DNA of 64,000 nucleotides from Octopus vulgaris (GCA_951406725.2 OX597827.1:34472001-34536000), one strand, 5' to 3'. Positions 24,453-37,430 are shown, counted from the first letter of the stretch. Program-made: numbers and translations. The notes: a model not told the origin generated them from the sequence alone.

Positions 24453-25490
24453 TGATACCTCGCAATATGAGTTTAATTCATTCCATGACCTAGCTCATTT
24501 TACAAATCAGTTTTCCCCATTGAAATTAACTAAAATATAATTAATCCATTCCAGCCCCCAAAAATAATTTTTTATGAGTTTTAAAACAGAAAAAGTGTAG
24601 TTACAAGTAAAATGACAATTACATAAAATAAAATGCTGGTTTTATTAACTGAATTACCTTAAAGATAGGACAATTTGTGATGAGGAAGATGATGGAGCAG
24701 GGAGATGAAGGGTAACTGTTTGGAAGGAGATATTTTTTCAGGATGATATTTCTCTACAAATTCAGAAACATACTGCCACTTTGCCAGCACTGCCTTTATC
24801 TCACTTGCTACACTGTCCTCCATTACACTGCCAGGCCATATCAATGATTTTCAGACAGTTTATAATGTTGTTGTGCTCCTTTCAAAACTCACAAAGGGAT
24901 TAGATGTGTATTTTTGGTGACTTCGAAGCACTGACAAAACAGGTGTTTGGTGTACAATTTTTTAAAATTAGAAATCACCTGTTGGCCCATGGTCTCCAAG
25001 ATAAGGGTGATGTTGCATGAAAGATACATAACTTTTATGAATTTAAATTCATCTAGGATATCATCTTTGAGGTTAGGAGGATAAATGAGCAGGAGCATAT
25101 TTGATGAGGAAGGTCTTAAGAGGAAGATTGTTCTCCAGAAGATACTTTTTCTCTGTTGGTCTGAAGACAAGGTTGACCCACTTGGAGAAGAATTGCCTGG
25201 TGACCTGGGCTTTAACGTTTGCCCTCCACATGACCTACAGCTTCAACTTCAGGATTTTGTGTGACTTGAACAATTGTGGGTTTTCAGAATGGCAGACAAG
25301 GAGCAGCTTAATCTTCAAGTCTCCACTTGCATTGGTACAAAGGGCGAGAGTTAGCCTATCCTTCATAGGCTTATGGCCTCACATTTTGTTCTCCTCTGCA
25401 GTTATGTAGGTTCTTCTCAGCATTTTATTCCCAAAAAAGCCAGTTTCATCACAGTTGAGTGCCTGTTATGCAATGTACCCCCAGCTGAAA
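24450..25490 (-). mobile_element. Tigger/pogo transposon 3' portion (DDE_1 transposase, degenerate)
   Basis: TA|CAGTGATACCTCG terminus; NCDETG, GHKPMKDRLTLALCTNASGD.K.KLLLV.HSENP, MWRAN.KA.VT, MGQQVISNFKKLY. Confidence 0.9.
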
Positions 25491-26395
25491 TCCTTTCTTT
25501 TTGACTGAGTATCTTTTCTTAAGGGAAGATTTGCATCTTGTGTTTCCTAACTTGTTCAGTTTCCAGGCTTCTATTCTACTCAGATCTTGTGTTAAAGTCT
25601 TCACTTTATTTTGTAGTCTCTTTTCCCCCCATTTGCTCTTTTTTAATCTTTCCTTGTGATATATCTAATCTTCTAGTGGCAACTGCCCCTCCTGCACAGA
25701 TCAGTAAGTTAGCATCTCCTATATTTTAATATATATCCTACTGATAACTGAATCCAATTTCCTAGTCATATCTAGCAGCTTCCTTCTGTCGGTGCCTTTT
25801 AATGCTGGCAATCTTTTTCTTTCTTCTTTACTCATTACTTCCTGCAACTCATCTAAAATCTTCTGATTTTCCTCACTTAAATCACTTAAGTCGTTGGTGC
25901 CAGTTGTCCCTTCCTTATTGGTAGCACTATTATTATTTTTTTCTTTAGGTTCTTTTTTGGCTTGAGGTGTATCTCTTACGTTGTTGTTTGTCTTTCCTAC
26001 TACCTGGTCTTTCTTTTCCAGTTTTCTTGTGATCTATTCTACCTCCAATTCTGTCATCCACTTTCTTCTCCTAATAGCATTAGCTTAGTCTACAAATCTC
26101 TCCTCAGTCACTTTAAACATACCCTTCTCTACCCAAAGTATTAACATCCATTTTCTATAGCACCTTCTTTTAGGTTCACTTTCTAAGTAGCACTGCATCA
26201 CTATCCTGTTTTTTTTTCGCTGGTCCACTTTGTTCTCCTTACTCTATTATCTGCTGATGCTGTATTTAGATAACAGCTGTGGTCAGTCAGCATCTTTACT
26301 GAACCACTGCCTAGTGAGAGGCCTTCCCTTAAAGGTCCAGCTTCATTTTCACTGTTACAATCAGAGTTTCTTTTGAAACTCCTGTCTCTCATAAA
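25490..26395 (-). mobile_element. R4/Dong-clade LINE N-terminal fragment
   Basis: RRTKWTSE..VMQCYLESEPKRRCYRKWMLILWVEKGMFKVTEERFVD*ANAIRRRKWMTELEVE matches the R4/Dong N-terminal pattern (recalled consensus). Confidence 0.7.
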
Positions 26396-26554
26396 CTAAA
26401 GTAAGGTAACGTTCGTCACCATGGTAATCACCACTATTATTTTTCAATATCTGATTGTAACTTTCTGTTGCATCATTTGTTGCACCTTTGTGCTGGTAGG
26501 ATAACGTATGCTGCATTTTATTATTATTATTATCATTATTTTTATTATTAACTA

Positions 26555-26583
26555 ATTTTTGTTAAATCATTCTTGTATTTCAG
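26555..26583 (+). other. splice acceptor for the exon carrying the first ZNF CDS
   Basis: ttttgttaaatcattcttgtatttcag|agtcc, 308 nt upstream of the ATG at 26892. Confidence 0.55.
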
Positions 26584-26891
26584 AGTCCACCATACAATTC
26601 TTACATCTTCGTGAATAATTCATTATTTCCTGCAACAATTCAAGATTTCCATTGATGTAGAAAATCTAATGCTTATATACTTTAAAAAGATGCGTTTCTG
26701 TTTTGAATTTTAACCAAATATGGGTTCTTTAGCCCTGAGTGGGTTCAATGGTAACCTCTCTCCATCAGTAGCATCTCAACTGCTGAAGAAATACACGACT
26801 TAATTCTCAACCAGTTTTCCCTTATGAGTTCCACCTGAAACAATCACCATGGGCCTTTAGTTTAGAGAAGTGCAACACAAAAAATAATAAT

Positions 26892-28040
26892 ATGTCTCAG
26901 CAAACATATATTCAAGATTTATCATCCAGTGTAAATAGTTCAGTGACTAATCAGAAATCTTCTATACCTGTCCACAGCACAGATAACAGTTTATGCACAA
27001 AAAACTTCCAGTTAATGCCATCACTTCAAATTCTACAGCAAGACCAAAAATCAAAAACTTCCATTTCTGATCAACTTAGTTATAAAGACATGATTTGCCA
27101 TGTCAGTGGATACCAGGCCCACAATATCGGGACCACTGTTTCAAAATCACTTAATATTCCTAATGTGAGGTGTCAGAGAAATCATGAAGAACATTCTCAA
27201 TCTAATAAAGATGGGTGTACTGCTGCCGGCCAGGATTTTGAGTCCCAACGATTTCACTGCTCAGTGTGCAATAAAAGTTATGCACGATCTAATCAACTGG
27301 TATGTCACAACAGAATTCACACGGGAGAAAAACCTTATGCCTGCGATGTTTGCGAAAAAAAATTCACTCGGTCAGATCAGCTGAAGTACCACAAACGTAC
27401 CCACAGTGGAGAAAAACCTTACCAATGTACATTTTGCACAAAAAGTTTTGCACGTTCAGACAAACTGAAATGCCACATTCGTGTTCACACTGGTGAGAAA
27501 CCATATCAGTGCAAAACCTGTGAAAAGCAGTTTGCTCGCTCTGACAAACTACGAGCCCATGATCGCATACATACTGGCGAGAAACCTTATCATTGTGACC
27601 TTTGTCCAAAAATGTTTGCTCAGTCTGATAAGCTACGATGTCACAGACGTATCCATACTGGTGAGAAACCTTACCAATGCACTGAATGTGGGAAGCAGTT
27701 CTCCCGCTCTGACAAACTTGTCCAGCACAAACGAATTCACACTGGGGAAAGACCTTTTCAATGTAATATTTGCTCAAAACAGTTTCTTCGTTCTGACAAA
27801 ATGCAGTTACACCGGAAAACTCATTTTGTTGCACCATCGACAGTTTTGTTATCAAAAGTTACTGGAAAACAACAGAGTCCAAAATTGAACAACCACACAG
27901 AACCTCATCACACAATCAGTCCATCATTAACCAACGATGATGTTATCTGCATTGATGATACTGAACTGGCTGTCCTTACCAACAAAAACTTAAAGGAATA
28001 CATGCCCAATAACCCCTATTTCTGGCCAGCAGTCAACTGA
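26892..28040 (+). CDS. C2H2 zinc-finger protein, 7 tandem fingers, 382 aa
   Basis: Intact ORF; seven C-x2-C-x12-H-x3-H fingers with TGEKP-type linkers; AATAAA at 28596. Confidence 0.95.
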   Translation: MSQQTYIQDLSSSVNSSVTNQKSSIPVHSTDNSLCTKNFQLMPSLQILQQDQKSKTSISDQLSYKDMICHVSGYQAHNIGTTVSKSLNIPNVRCQRNHEEHSQSNKDGCTAAGQDFESQRFHCSVCNKSYARSNQLVCHNRIHTGEKPYACDVCEKKFTRSDQLKYHKRTHSGEKPYQCTFCTKSFARSDKLKCHIRVHTGEKPYQCKTCEKQFARSDKLRAHDRIHTGEKPYHCDLCPKMFAQSDKLRCHRRIHTGEKPYQCTECGKQFSRSDKLVQHKRIHTGERPFQCNICSKQFLRSDKMQLHRKTHFVAPSTVLLSKVTGKQQSPKLNNHTEPHHTISPSLTNDDVICIDDTELAVLTNKNLKEYMPNNPYFWPAVN

Positions 28041-28813
28041 GGAAACAAGATAAACCCCTTTTAACCCCAGCTTCTGACCTACAATCAATTAAAATTGTTG
28101 CTCAAGAAAAATTATATCTGTGATTTCACATCCAGGCAGGACTACAAACTGCATCACTATCTTGGTTTGCATGAACAATACTATTATTCCCTACTACTTT
28201 CAAACTTTGATCCATCACATTTGCTCTTGTAGTAGTTTCCAAAGATACCATTTGCTATTCTTTGAAGATAACTTCTTCCACCACTATGTTATTAACAATC
28301 CAAAGATAGGAGCTACTGTGTAACCACTTGACCTGTTAAAAATAACAGCCAAATCATCAAATCACACACTATTATCTCAGGAAAAAATGGAAGGATGCAG
28401 AGTAACCACCTACTCTATAATACTTTCGCTATTTCATGGACCTTCAATTTTTATTGCATTTCTGACTATGCTGAATCAACTTCAATGGCAATCTTTTATT
28501 TTGAATCCATTTAGGGGATAATCTCACCACCATCATCATCCTCATAGCAACAGAGACTCTTCAGAGGTCTACCTAATCAAGGCAGAGTCAAGACTAATAA
28601 AAAATCTTATTATAACAGACACCTCAAAAATTTACTCAATCAGGGCTGAATTAAAGCTAAACAATTGCCATGCTTTCATATCCGCTTCTGTTTCCTGCCA
28701 TTAGAGCCAGATTCCTCTCTCTCTCTCTCTCTGATACACTTCTACCCCATGACAGTCTGCTTCAAAATAATAAACTTCCTTCTCATTCAAAATATTCATG
28801 TTTCTCCTCTGAA

Positions 28814-28890
<77 letters not shown>

Positions 28891-28974
28891 ATATTTGGGG
28901 ATGGTCATATTTTCACCAATTAACCACACACACACTACAGGACTATATACTTAGTCTTCACTTTATATATATAT

Positions 28975-29200
28975 ATATAGATGTGTGTATTTTTCCCTTG
29001 TTAACAATTAACACAGAAAAAATAGATAAATAGTTACCAGGGTAGCAAAAAATCACACACACGTAAACCCGAAGTTTCTACCTTTAAAAACAAGGAGTTA
29101 CAACCTCTTTACTTGTGTGATTTTTTGCTACTCTGGAAACTACCTATTTTTTTCCGTGTTAATTGTTAACAAGGAAAAAATACACACATCTATTTATATA
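28975..29200. repeat. inverted repeat at the 5' end of the Penelope-like element (inverted pLTR fragment)
   Basis: gatgtgtgtatttttcccttgttaacaattaacac..gtagcaaaaaatcacac mirrored by gtgtgattttttgctac..gtgttaattgttaacaaggaaaaaatacacacatc. Confidence 0.8.
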
Positions 29201-29249
29201 TACTTCAATCAGGTTTCTTTATAACCTGCTAACAAAATAGTCACAGCAT

Positions 29250-31270
29250 ATGGAGTTATTTAATATTACCGCATCTCTGAAGGATATTCCCATTCCACCA
29301 AAGAATGCTTTCCTTAAACAACTTGTCAATAAGATAAATTCATTTATCAACCATATCAGATGGCTCATGTTTTTCTTTGACAACGACACTCAACAACACA
29401 CTAATGATATAACCTCTGAATTTAACAAGTTATTTAAATCTATAAATAGTCCTCCACCTAACCCAAGATTGAAGCAGTTTGAAGATGATCTTTGGTCCAT
29501 TGTGAGAAATGTAAAATTTCAACGATCACCGCTAAGAAATAAACATCTGAGGTATCTTCACAATATCACCAAGGAAATTAATACTATGGATACTATGTTG
29601 GTTCAATCGGATAAAACTGGAAATCTGTACAAACTTGATAAGGACTATTATTTGGAATTACTTAAAAAAGAAATTCAGAAAAACTATAAAATAGTAGAAA
29701 CCGTACTCAAGAAAGCCAACATTGAGGCTATGAAAATTATGGAGAAGTATAACCTACAAATGAAAACAGAACCACTTGATCCTAAGCAACCTCGGTTCAT
29801 TTTGAAAGATCACAAATAAAATTTTTTTAATAACCCATCATTAAGGCTTATCTGCCCTTCTAGCTCTGACATCGATGTCCATAGTAAAAATATGCTAGAT
29901 AAATATGTTCCTACATTAATTAAAAAATTAAAACTTAGTTTATGGTCTAATTCATTTCAAGTAGTTGACTGGTTTAGTTCTATAAGAGGAGTACTAAGTT
30001 TATCCAGTTTGACATTTCTAATTTTTATTTATCCATCAACCCAATAGTACTTAATAAGGCACTTTGGCTTGCTCATAACAAAGCTGGTCTCACCAGGGAA
30101 GAAATTAATGTTGTGTTGGCAGCCAGAAAATCTATTATAAAATTTGACAATAAGTTGTGGGTTCATAAAGACACACCAGATGGTTTTAATGTTACAATGG
30201 GAAGTTCTGATTCAGCAAAGTAGCTGATTTAGTCTGTATATATATACCTTTTGAAATGGCAAAACAGTTCCCTAACATTAATGGAGGTCTATATTGTGAT
30301 GATTGTTTACGTTACCTTCAAAATGCTTCCAACCAAAAGGTAAAAAAAGTTAAGAATAGTTTAGTTAAATTTTTCTGTAGAATGGGCTTTGATGATGATA
30401 TCATGAAGGCCAACTTTTTAGATATTACGCTTAACTTACACAATAACTCTTACTTCCCATATCATAAACCATCGACCAATCTTAAGTACATTAGCAGATT
30501 CAGTAATCATTCTAGGACAATTACTAGGAACTTAGTTAAGAATATTTCATTTAGATTATCTAAGTTATCTGCTAATGTTGACATTTTCAATGATAACGCT
30601 GAATCTTATAACTCTGCCTTACTTAAAGCAGGTTATACAGAGAAAATTATCTACATTGATTCCATCCACTCTTATTCTAAATTCACTAATGTAGATATGA
30701 AATCTAGTTGTAAAGGAATTAGCGATAACAAATTTAATTTATACACCAATACAAAACAGAGGAAGGGAGATAACCCTTATTTAATTCCCTATTATCATTC
30801 TAAAGGTAAATTTAAGGCTTTCAATAATAATTCCACTAAAAATAGGATAAATAGTAGTTATACAATTCGGTTAATTATTCCATACGGGAGGCAAATTAAA
30901 TCTAATCTCCCATTGCAGTTTTGTGAAGCTATTATTAGGAATTTTCCAAAGAATTCTAGGTATCACTCAATTATCAACTCACATACGGTTAGGATTGGCT
31001 TTTCTAACACAAAAAATCTCTTACAAATTATCTCTTCACATAATAACAACCTGTTAAGTATTAATACATTTACTAATACTAACATTAATTTAGCTAATAC
31101 CATCCATCCCTCTAGAAATATTAATAACAAGGTTATTCTATCTGAAGTCAATTCCAACAGAATCAAGTTTGTCAAGTAACTCTAAAATTAAAAATTCTAT
31201 ATACCAATGTAAAATTATTACTCATAATAAAGTACAATTTTACATTGGAAGCAAGTCTTTACAGTTATCT
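29250..31270 (+). mobile_element. Penelope-like retroelement (Naiad-like), disrupted RT and truncated GIY-YIG
   Basis: SLKDIPIP...FINHIRW..FF, SDKTGNLY, LKDHK, FNVTMGS, GLYCDD, ANFLDITLNL, SNH...I, IYQCKI....FYIG; several stops and frameshifts. Confidence 0.88.
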
Positions 31271-31544
31271 ATATATACTTATTATACACTATTTATTATT
31301 ATGTACTTTTGTGATCTAGATAAATGTTTTATCATATTTTTTTTTTCTATATGATATGTTTCATGTCTATCATTGTTTGAATTACATAATAGTGGTTCTT
31401 CTCTAATCTATATATATATATTATATTTATATTGTGAAATTTAATTTAATTGACTTTTTCCCTGTAAGTTTGGAGTTATACTCCCTAATATTATTATTAT
31501 ATTATTATATATATATATATAAGTAGTTTTAGAGACAGAACCAC

Positions 31545-33812
31545 ATCATCATCATCATCGTTTAGCGTCCGTTTTCCATGCTAGCATGGGTTGGACGGTT
31601 CTACTGGGGTCTGTGAAGCCAGAAGGCTTCATCAGGCCCAGTCAAATCTGGCAGTGTTTCTACGGCTGGATGCCCTTCCTAACGCCAACCACTCCGTGAG
31701 TGTAGTGGGTGCTTTTTACGTGCCACCCGCACAGGTGCCAGACAGAGCTGGCAAACGGCCACGAACGGATGGTGCTTTTTATGTGCCACCGGCACAAGGG
31801 CCAGGCGAGGCTGGCAACGGACACGAAACGGGGCGGTGCTGGCAACGGTCACGAAACGGAAGGTTCTCTTACATGCCACCGGCACTGGTAACACATCTGC
31901 AATTTCCATTGATCGATTTCCATTCTGATCCTCACTTGCCTCAACGGGTCTTCACAAGTAGAGTTTCGACATGCCACCGGCACTGGTAACACATCTGCAA
32001 TTTCCATTGATCGATTTCCATTCTGATCCTCACTTGCCTCAACAGGTCTTCACAAGTAGAGTTGATCCTCACTTGCCTCAACAGGTCTTCACAAGTAGAG
32101 TTGATCCTCACTTGCCTCAACAGGTCTTCACAAGTAGAGTTTTGTGTCCCAAGAAGGGAAGGTATGCATACGTAGGCTGGCTCCATCCCAAGTAGAAGGC
32201 CACGGGTTATGAACTCACTTGTCCTGCCGGGTCTTCTCGCGCACAGCACACTTCCAGAGGACTCGGTCTCTAGTCATTTCCTCAGTGAGACCTAAAGTTC
32301 GAAGGTCGTGCTTCACCACCTCGTCCCAGGTTTTCCTGGGTCTGCCTCTTCCACAGGTTCCCTCAACCGCTAGGGTGTGGAACTTTTTCACACAACTATC
32401 TTCATCCATTCTCGCCACATGACCATACCAGCGCAATCGTCTCTCTTGCACACCACAACTGATGCTTCTTAGGTCCAGCTTTTCTCTCAAGGTACTTACA
32501 CTCTGTCGATTATGAACACTGACATTACACATCCATCGGAGCATACTGGCTTCATTTCTTGCGAGCTTACGCATATCCTCAGCAGTCACGGCCCATGTTT
32601 CACTGCCATGTAGCATGGCTGTTCGTACACACGCATCATACAGTCTGCCTTTCACTCTGTGCGAGAGGCCTTTTGTCACCAGCAGGGGTAAGAGCTCTCT
32701 GAACTTTGCCCAAGCTATTCTTACTCTAGCAGTTACACTTTCAGCACACCCGCCCCCGCTGCTGACTTGGTCACCTAGGTAACGGAAACTATCAACTATT
32801 TCTAGTTTTTCTCCCTGGAAAGTGACGGAAGTTGGTCTCAGAGCATTTTCAGTGTTTATTGTTCCTGAGCATCTGCCACATACAAAAACCATCTTCCTAG
32901 TTAGTCTTCCTTTGACATTGCTGCACCTCTTATGTGTCCATAGCTTACACTTGGTGCATCTTATAGAGTTTCTACCCACACCTTTTCTACAGATCGAGCA
33001 GGGCCATCTACCTGAAGGCGTTTGTGATTTGTCTACCTTCCTACTGATTACGACTTTGGTTTTAGCTAGATTGACTCTGAGGCCCTTCGATTCTAATCCT
33101 TGTTTCCACACCTGAAACTTCTCCTCCAGTTCTGATAGCGACTCAGCAATTAGAGCAAGGTGATCAGCATAGAGGAGCTCCCAAGGGCATCCTGACTTGA
33201 ATTCCTCCGTTATTGCCTGGAGGACTATGATAAATAGGAGGGGGCTGAGTACTGAGCCTTGGTGGACCCCTACCTCTACCCGGAATTCTTCACTGTACTC
33301 GTTTCCAACCCTCACCCTACTAGCAGCGTCCCTATACATGGCCCGCACAGCTCTCACTAACCATTCATCTATCCCTAGTTTCCTCATTGCCCACCAGATA
33401 AGGGATCGGGGGACCCTGTCGAAGGCTTTCTCCATGTCAACAAAAGCCAGGTACAGGGGCTTATCTTTGGCTAGGTATTTCTCCTGCAGCTGCCTTACCA
33501 GGAATGTAGCATCAGTAGTACTTTTCCCTGGCACAAACCCAAACTGCATCTCATCTAAACTAACTCTCTCTCTAATTAGTTGGGCTATGACCCTCTCCGT
33601 AACCTTCATCACCTGATCCAACAGCTTGATACCTCTGTAATTATTTGTATCTAGGGCGTCACCTTTACCTTTGTAGCAGTTGACTATTATGCTGCTACAC
33701 CAGTCATTGGGTATGACTCCTTTGTGTATCACCTGATTAACTATATGGGTGACTAGGCTATAGCCGACACTACCAGACATTTTGAGCATCTCTGCAGTGA
33801 TTCCTGATGGGC
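31545..33812 (-). mobile_element. young 5'-truncated RTE LINE; open 524-aa RT+PHD ORF at 32215-33789 with YADD changed to YADH
   Basis: Uninterrupted ORF with NYRGIKLL, QFGF, FVDMEKAFDRV, GVHQGSVLSPLLF, YADH, YLG; 3' UTR with tandem duplications; (GAT)n tail at 31545. Confidence 0.95.
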
Positions 33813-34052
33813 CTTCAACTCAATCAACACTGAAAGGTTTTATACCCGACTACTCCATAAAATGTTAAAAATTAAATCTTATACTAATTATATCTATTCT
33901 GAATCCAGTGTTGATTGAGTTGAAGGTGGTTCTGTCTCTAAAACTACTTTTATATATACAAATTAAACATTGAGAGATGTTCATTTTAGTACATCTATTT
34001 GAATGTCTTTTTCCTGTGTACTCAGAAGTAATATTCCCTAATAATTATAATA

Positions 34053-34099
<47 letters not shown>

Positions 34100-34102
<3 letters not shown>

Positions 34103-34432
34103 GGAGTGATGAATATACTGCCATCTGAATTTTTAAAAAATGAAAATAACACTGACATCTCATTTTAACAGATATATTTACCAAAATTACATGAAAATAT
34201 CTTGAAGTCCTAAAAAGTAAATTTATTCAATAAAATTGCCATTTGCTTCAGCCTCCAGACAACTTCAGAATCTTCTGCAACTCTTCTGGATGGTCTTTTT
34301 GTTTAAGTTGGTGAATGCTGCCATAATTCTTGACTTCAGTTCATCTTTGGTGTTACAAGGAGTTTTGTTGGTCTCTCACTCAACTACGCCCCACACATAA
34401 TAATCAAGTGGGTTGCAGTTTGGGGAGTTAAT
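34100..34432 (-). mobile_element. Tc1/mariner (DD37D/maT-like) 3' fragment with terminus
   Basis: TA|CAGGGAGTG end; NSPNCNPLDYYVWGVVE.ETNK..CNTKDELK...GNFIE*. Confidence 0.75.
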
Positions 34433-34473
34433 AATTGTTGTTGACAAACAACCACAGAAATTGTATTCACCTC

Positions 34474-34672
34474 AATAGACGTCATTGAATGGTTGAAATT
34501 GCCGAAATGCAAGAAATTAAACAACAAATAGCTTACAAACTACAGAATTTTTTCAAGAAAGCCAAGAGAAAAATATGTTTTATGTAACACATTCTACCAG
34601 TGTACGAAGTTTAAAAGTGTTTAGTTACATGGAAATTATTTTTAAAATCTGCTGGTCAAAGTGAAAAGATCC
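34474..34672 (-). mobile_element. partial GGATCTTTTCGG MITE
   Basis: Homologous to 37861-38147. Confidence 0.75.
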
Positions 34673-35409
34673 CAGGTTCCTTCTACAGTTAGGGAGTGGT
34701 ACTTCCTCACGCAGCTGTCTTCATTCATAGTAACACATGGCCATACCAGCGCAGTCGCCTCTCTTGCACACCACATTTGATGCTTCTTATGTTCAACTTC
34801 TCAGGGCACTTACACTCTCTCTCACACACACACACTTTCTCTCTCTCACACACACACACACTTTCTCTCTCTCTCTCACTTTCTCGCTCTCTCTCTCACT
34901 TTCTCTCTCTCGCGCACATACAAAACACACACTTTCTGTCCCCACCCCATCAACACATACACATGTCCATTTCCTCTCACTTTCACTTTAGGCCGACTTC
35001 AAACAAAATGTACATTTCCACCCACAAAAATAAATAAATAAATGTTTACGGAATTTATCGAACGCCGTAAGGTAACAGCTGAGCTGCGCGCGCACGCCTT
35101 CCAGGTGAAACGAAAGATTTCCCCCACCCCACTTCCTTGCATCATTTAACACACGCTATATCGTAGACTCGTTGCCCGGTTAGTACCGTCTGAATTAAAT
35201 ATGCGGTTTACAAATCCCTTATTGTGGGTTTAGTTTTGCTATTAGTGTGAATAAAATTCTAATGTTAACTCTATATTATGCAGAGAGATTAACTTCTGGA
35301 AACTTGCTCATTCTTTTACACTGATTTTTATTTTCACCAAATAAACCATTGATCGGAACTACCCATGCAAAAATAATTAATGATTGTATTATAAAGGAAA
35401 AGAATAAAA

Positions 35410-37430
35410 CTTTTTAATGAGAACCATGTGTCTGGTGCGATGCAGCTAGTGCAGATACATTCGGTTTCAAACTTGTCAACTTTAGCCGCAAGTTTGCTCG
35501 TTGTGTCAAATCCAGTCCAATTATTTTATGGAAAAGTAAATTTCCAACATGGCTAAAACCAGGTACGAGGCAGGGAACGCAAGCAAAAGTAATTTCAGGT
35601 GTTTCCACAGATTGGGGTAAGATTTTAATATATTCTGATGGTACCACAAACCTTCTTTGCCATTACAGCTATATTGCATTGTGGTGTCATTGTCATTTCG
35701 TAATTCTATCAATTCCTCATGAACGTCGTCCTCGCAATCAACTGCAACGAGCTCAAACGGATTGCTATACCAATTTGGAATATTCAGCGCAATAACATCT
35801 TGAAATCGCTCCACCATGTCATCGTTCAGTGATTGTAAATAGTTGCGATATGTAGTTAAATCCTCATCAATCAATTCATCTTTTAAAGAATCTAGTTGTG
35901 GAAATTGATGTTTTGAGATGTTAGTCGTATACAGCACCAATTTTGAAATGAATATAGTGATAAATGATTTACAATCAACGAGAGTTTTTCTGCTTCCTGG
36001 CAATAACAGATTCAAATCATTTAATTCTGTGAATATATTACAAAGAAAAAAGATATCGCACCTTGCAGCCATCAATGAAGCGGATAATAGAGTATCTTCA
36101 AAGAAAGATATGATTATATGAAACAGTTCAACAAAGCGTAAAACACAGTTTCTTTTTGACAGCCACCACACTTTGGTATGGTATAAGAGTTTAGTATAGT
36201 CCTCAGTTGACAGAAAATTCGATCAGACAAGGGACTAAACTTCAATTTGCTCACAGTCTTCATAACTAAATGTAGTGTATCATTCAATCTACCGTTCATA
36301 TTTTTGGCCGCCAAATGCTGGCGGTGTGCCAAGCAATGAAGTTAGTATCTGGTGGGAAATTTTCACGCTTTAGGAGAGACGAAAAACCTCTGTATATTCC
36401 TATAACCGAAGGGGCTCAATAAGATGCACGGGCAAGAATATTACTGAGTGGGATATTACGTTCAAAAAAGGTAGGACTTGAGAGTGTGAAAAATAGTTGT
36501 ACCTTTTTAATCAAGTGGCAATTTCTCTGTGAACAGCATTTCTTCATAAGGTCTTCACTGAAATAACGAACATGTACCATTATCAAACACTGATTGTCTA
36601 CAACAGTTGACTTATCCACTTGCATAGAAAATCCAAAACTTTGTTATTTTCCATCTTAAAAGGAAAATAAGGCTAGAGAGGAGAAGCTTACCACTCAGTA
36701 CATATGAGAAAAGATAGAAGAAAGTGGTAAATATGTTGAGAGTAATGTGCCTGCTTAAGGAAGAACATAAGAGTCTCTTAAAAAGTTCACTGGAGGAACG
36801 TGGTTTGTGGGGGGGTCACACCAGTCCCTCTCTCCATCATCATCATCCGATTTTATATATCAACATAAATTTTTAATCTTGTCATCTCATTCGATCCACC
36901 AACCCCTTTGTTTGTCCTCTCTTTGTCTCTACTTTTATGGTAAATAAAAAAAAATCAGTTATTACTAAGTGAGGTCTTCATAATGTTATCGGGTGTTTCA
37001 TGCAAAACCTCATCGATAACCGGACGAAGTAATGTTTTTCCAATTGTGTGAGACCTCCCAGACTTAGCAACAAGCAATGCAATGTTGTACGATGCCATCA
37101 ACCCGTCATTCTCCTGCTTACGGTACTAGTTTCCTAGAATAGCGTGTTGAATGTTTACATTGTGAAAGAGGCGCTCAGTTGCAAATAGTATGACAATGGT
37201 TTGTCCTTCTTGTCAGAATGCTTTGCATGAAAGTGATAATTCTTCTTGTCAGAATGTTTTGCATCAAAGTGATACTTCAAGCGTGAAGGTTTCATTGCTT
37301 CGTTGGTCAATATTTGATGGCAAAGGAGGCAAATTGGTAACTGACAGTTCAGAGGCGAGGGAATAAATCAAAACGATAAAAAAATCACTACTGCGCTGTT
37401 GACAAATTTACTTGACTGAAGACATCAGTG
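35410..37430 (-). mobile_element. hAT (Buster/Charlie, ZBED8/SCAND3-like) transposase remnant, interrupted at about 36650-36955
   Basis: BED finger PICLLCHQILTNEAMKPSRLKYHF..KH; ASYNIALLVAKSGRSHTIG; MQVDKST; AHRQHLAAK; WLS; LLAFPASYL. Confidence 0.88.

Noticed and set aside
27364-27888. Overlapping alternative-frame and antisense ORFs in the ZNF genes (also 54938-55485 and 56151-57288)
   Set aside because: Shadow ORFs arising from repetitive finger and trinucleotide codons.
31100-31450. Selenocysteine UGA or SECIS in the Naiad-like element
   Set aside because: No Cys/UGA cluster or SECIS-like hairpin visible; the 3' end is truncated.
32215-33789. Domesticated or active RT gene
   Set aside because: Catalytic YADD is YADH and the endonuclease is missing; the open frame fits a recent insertion.
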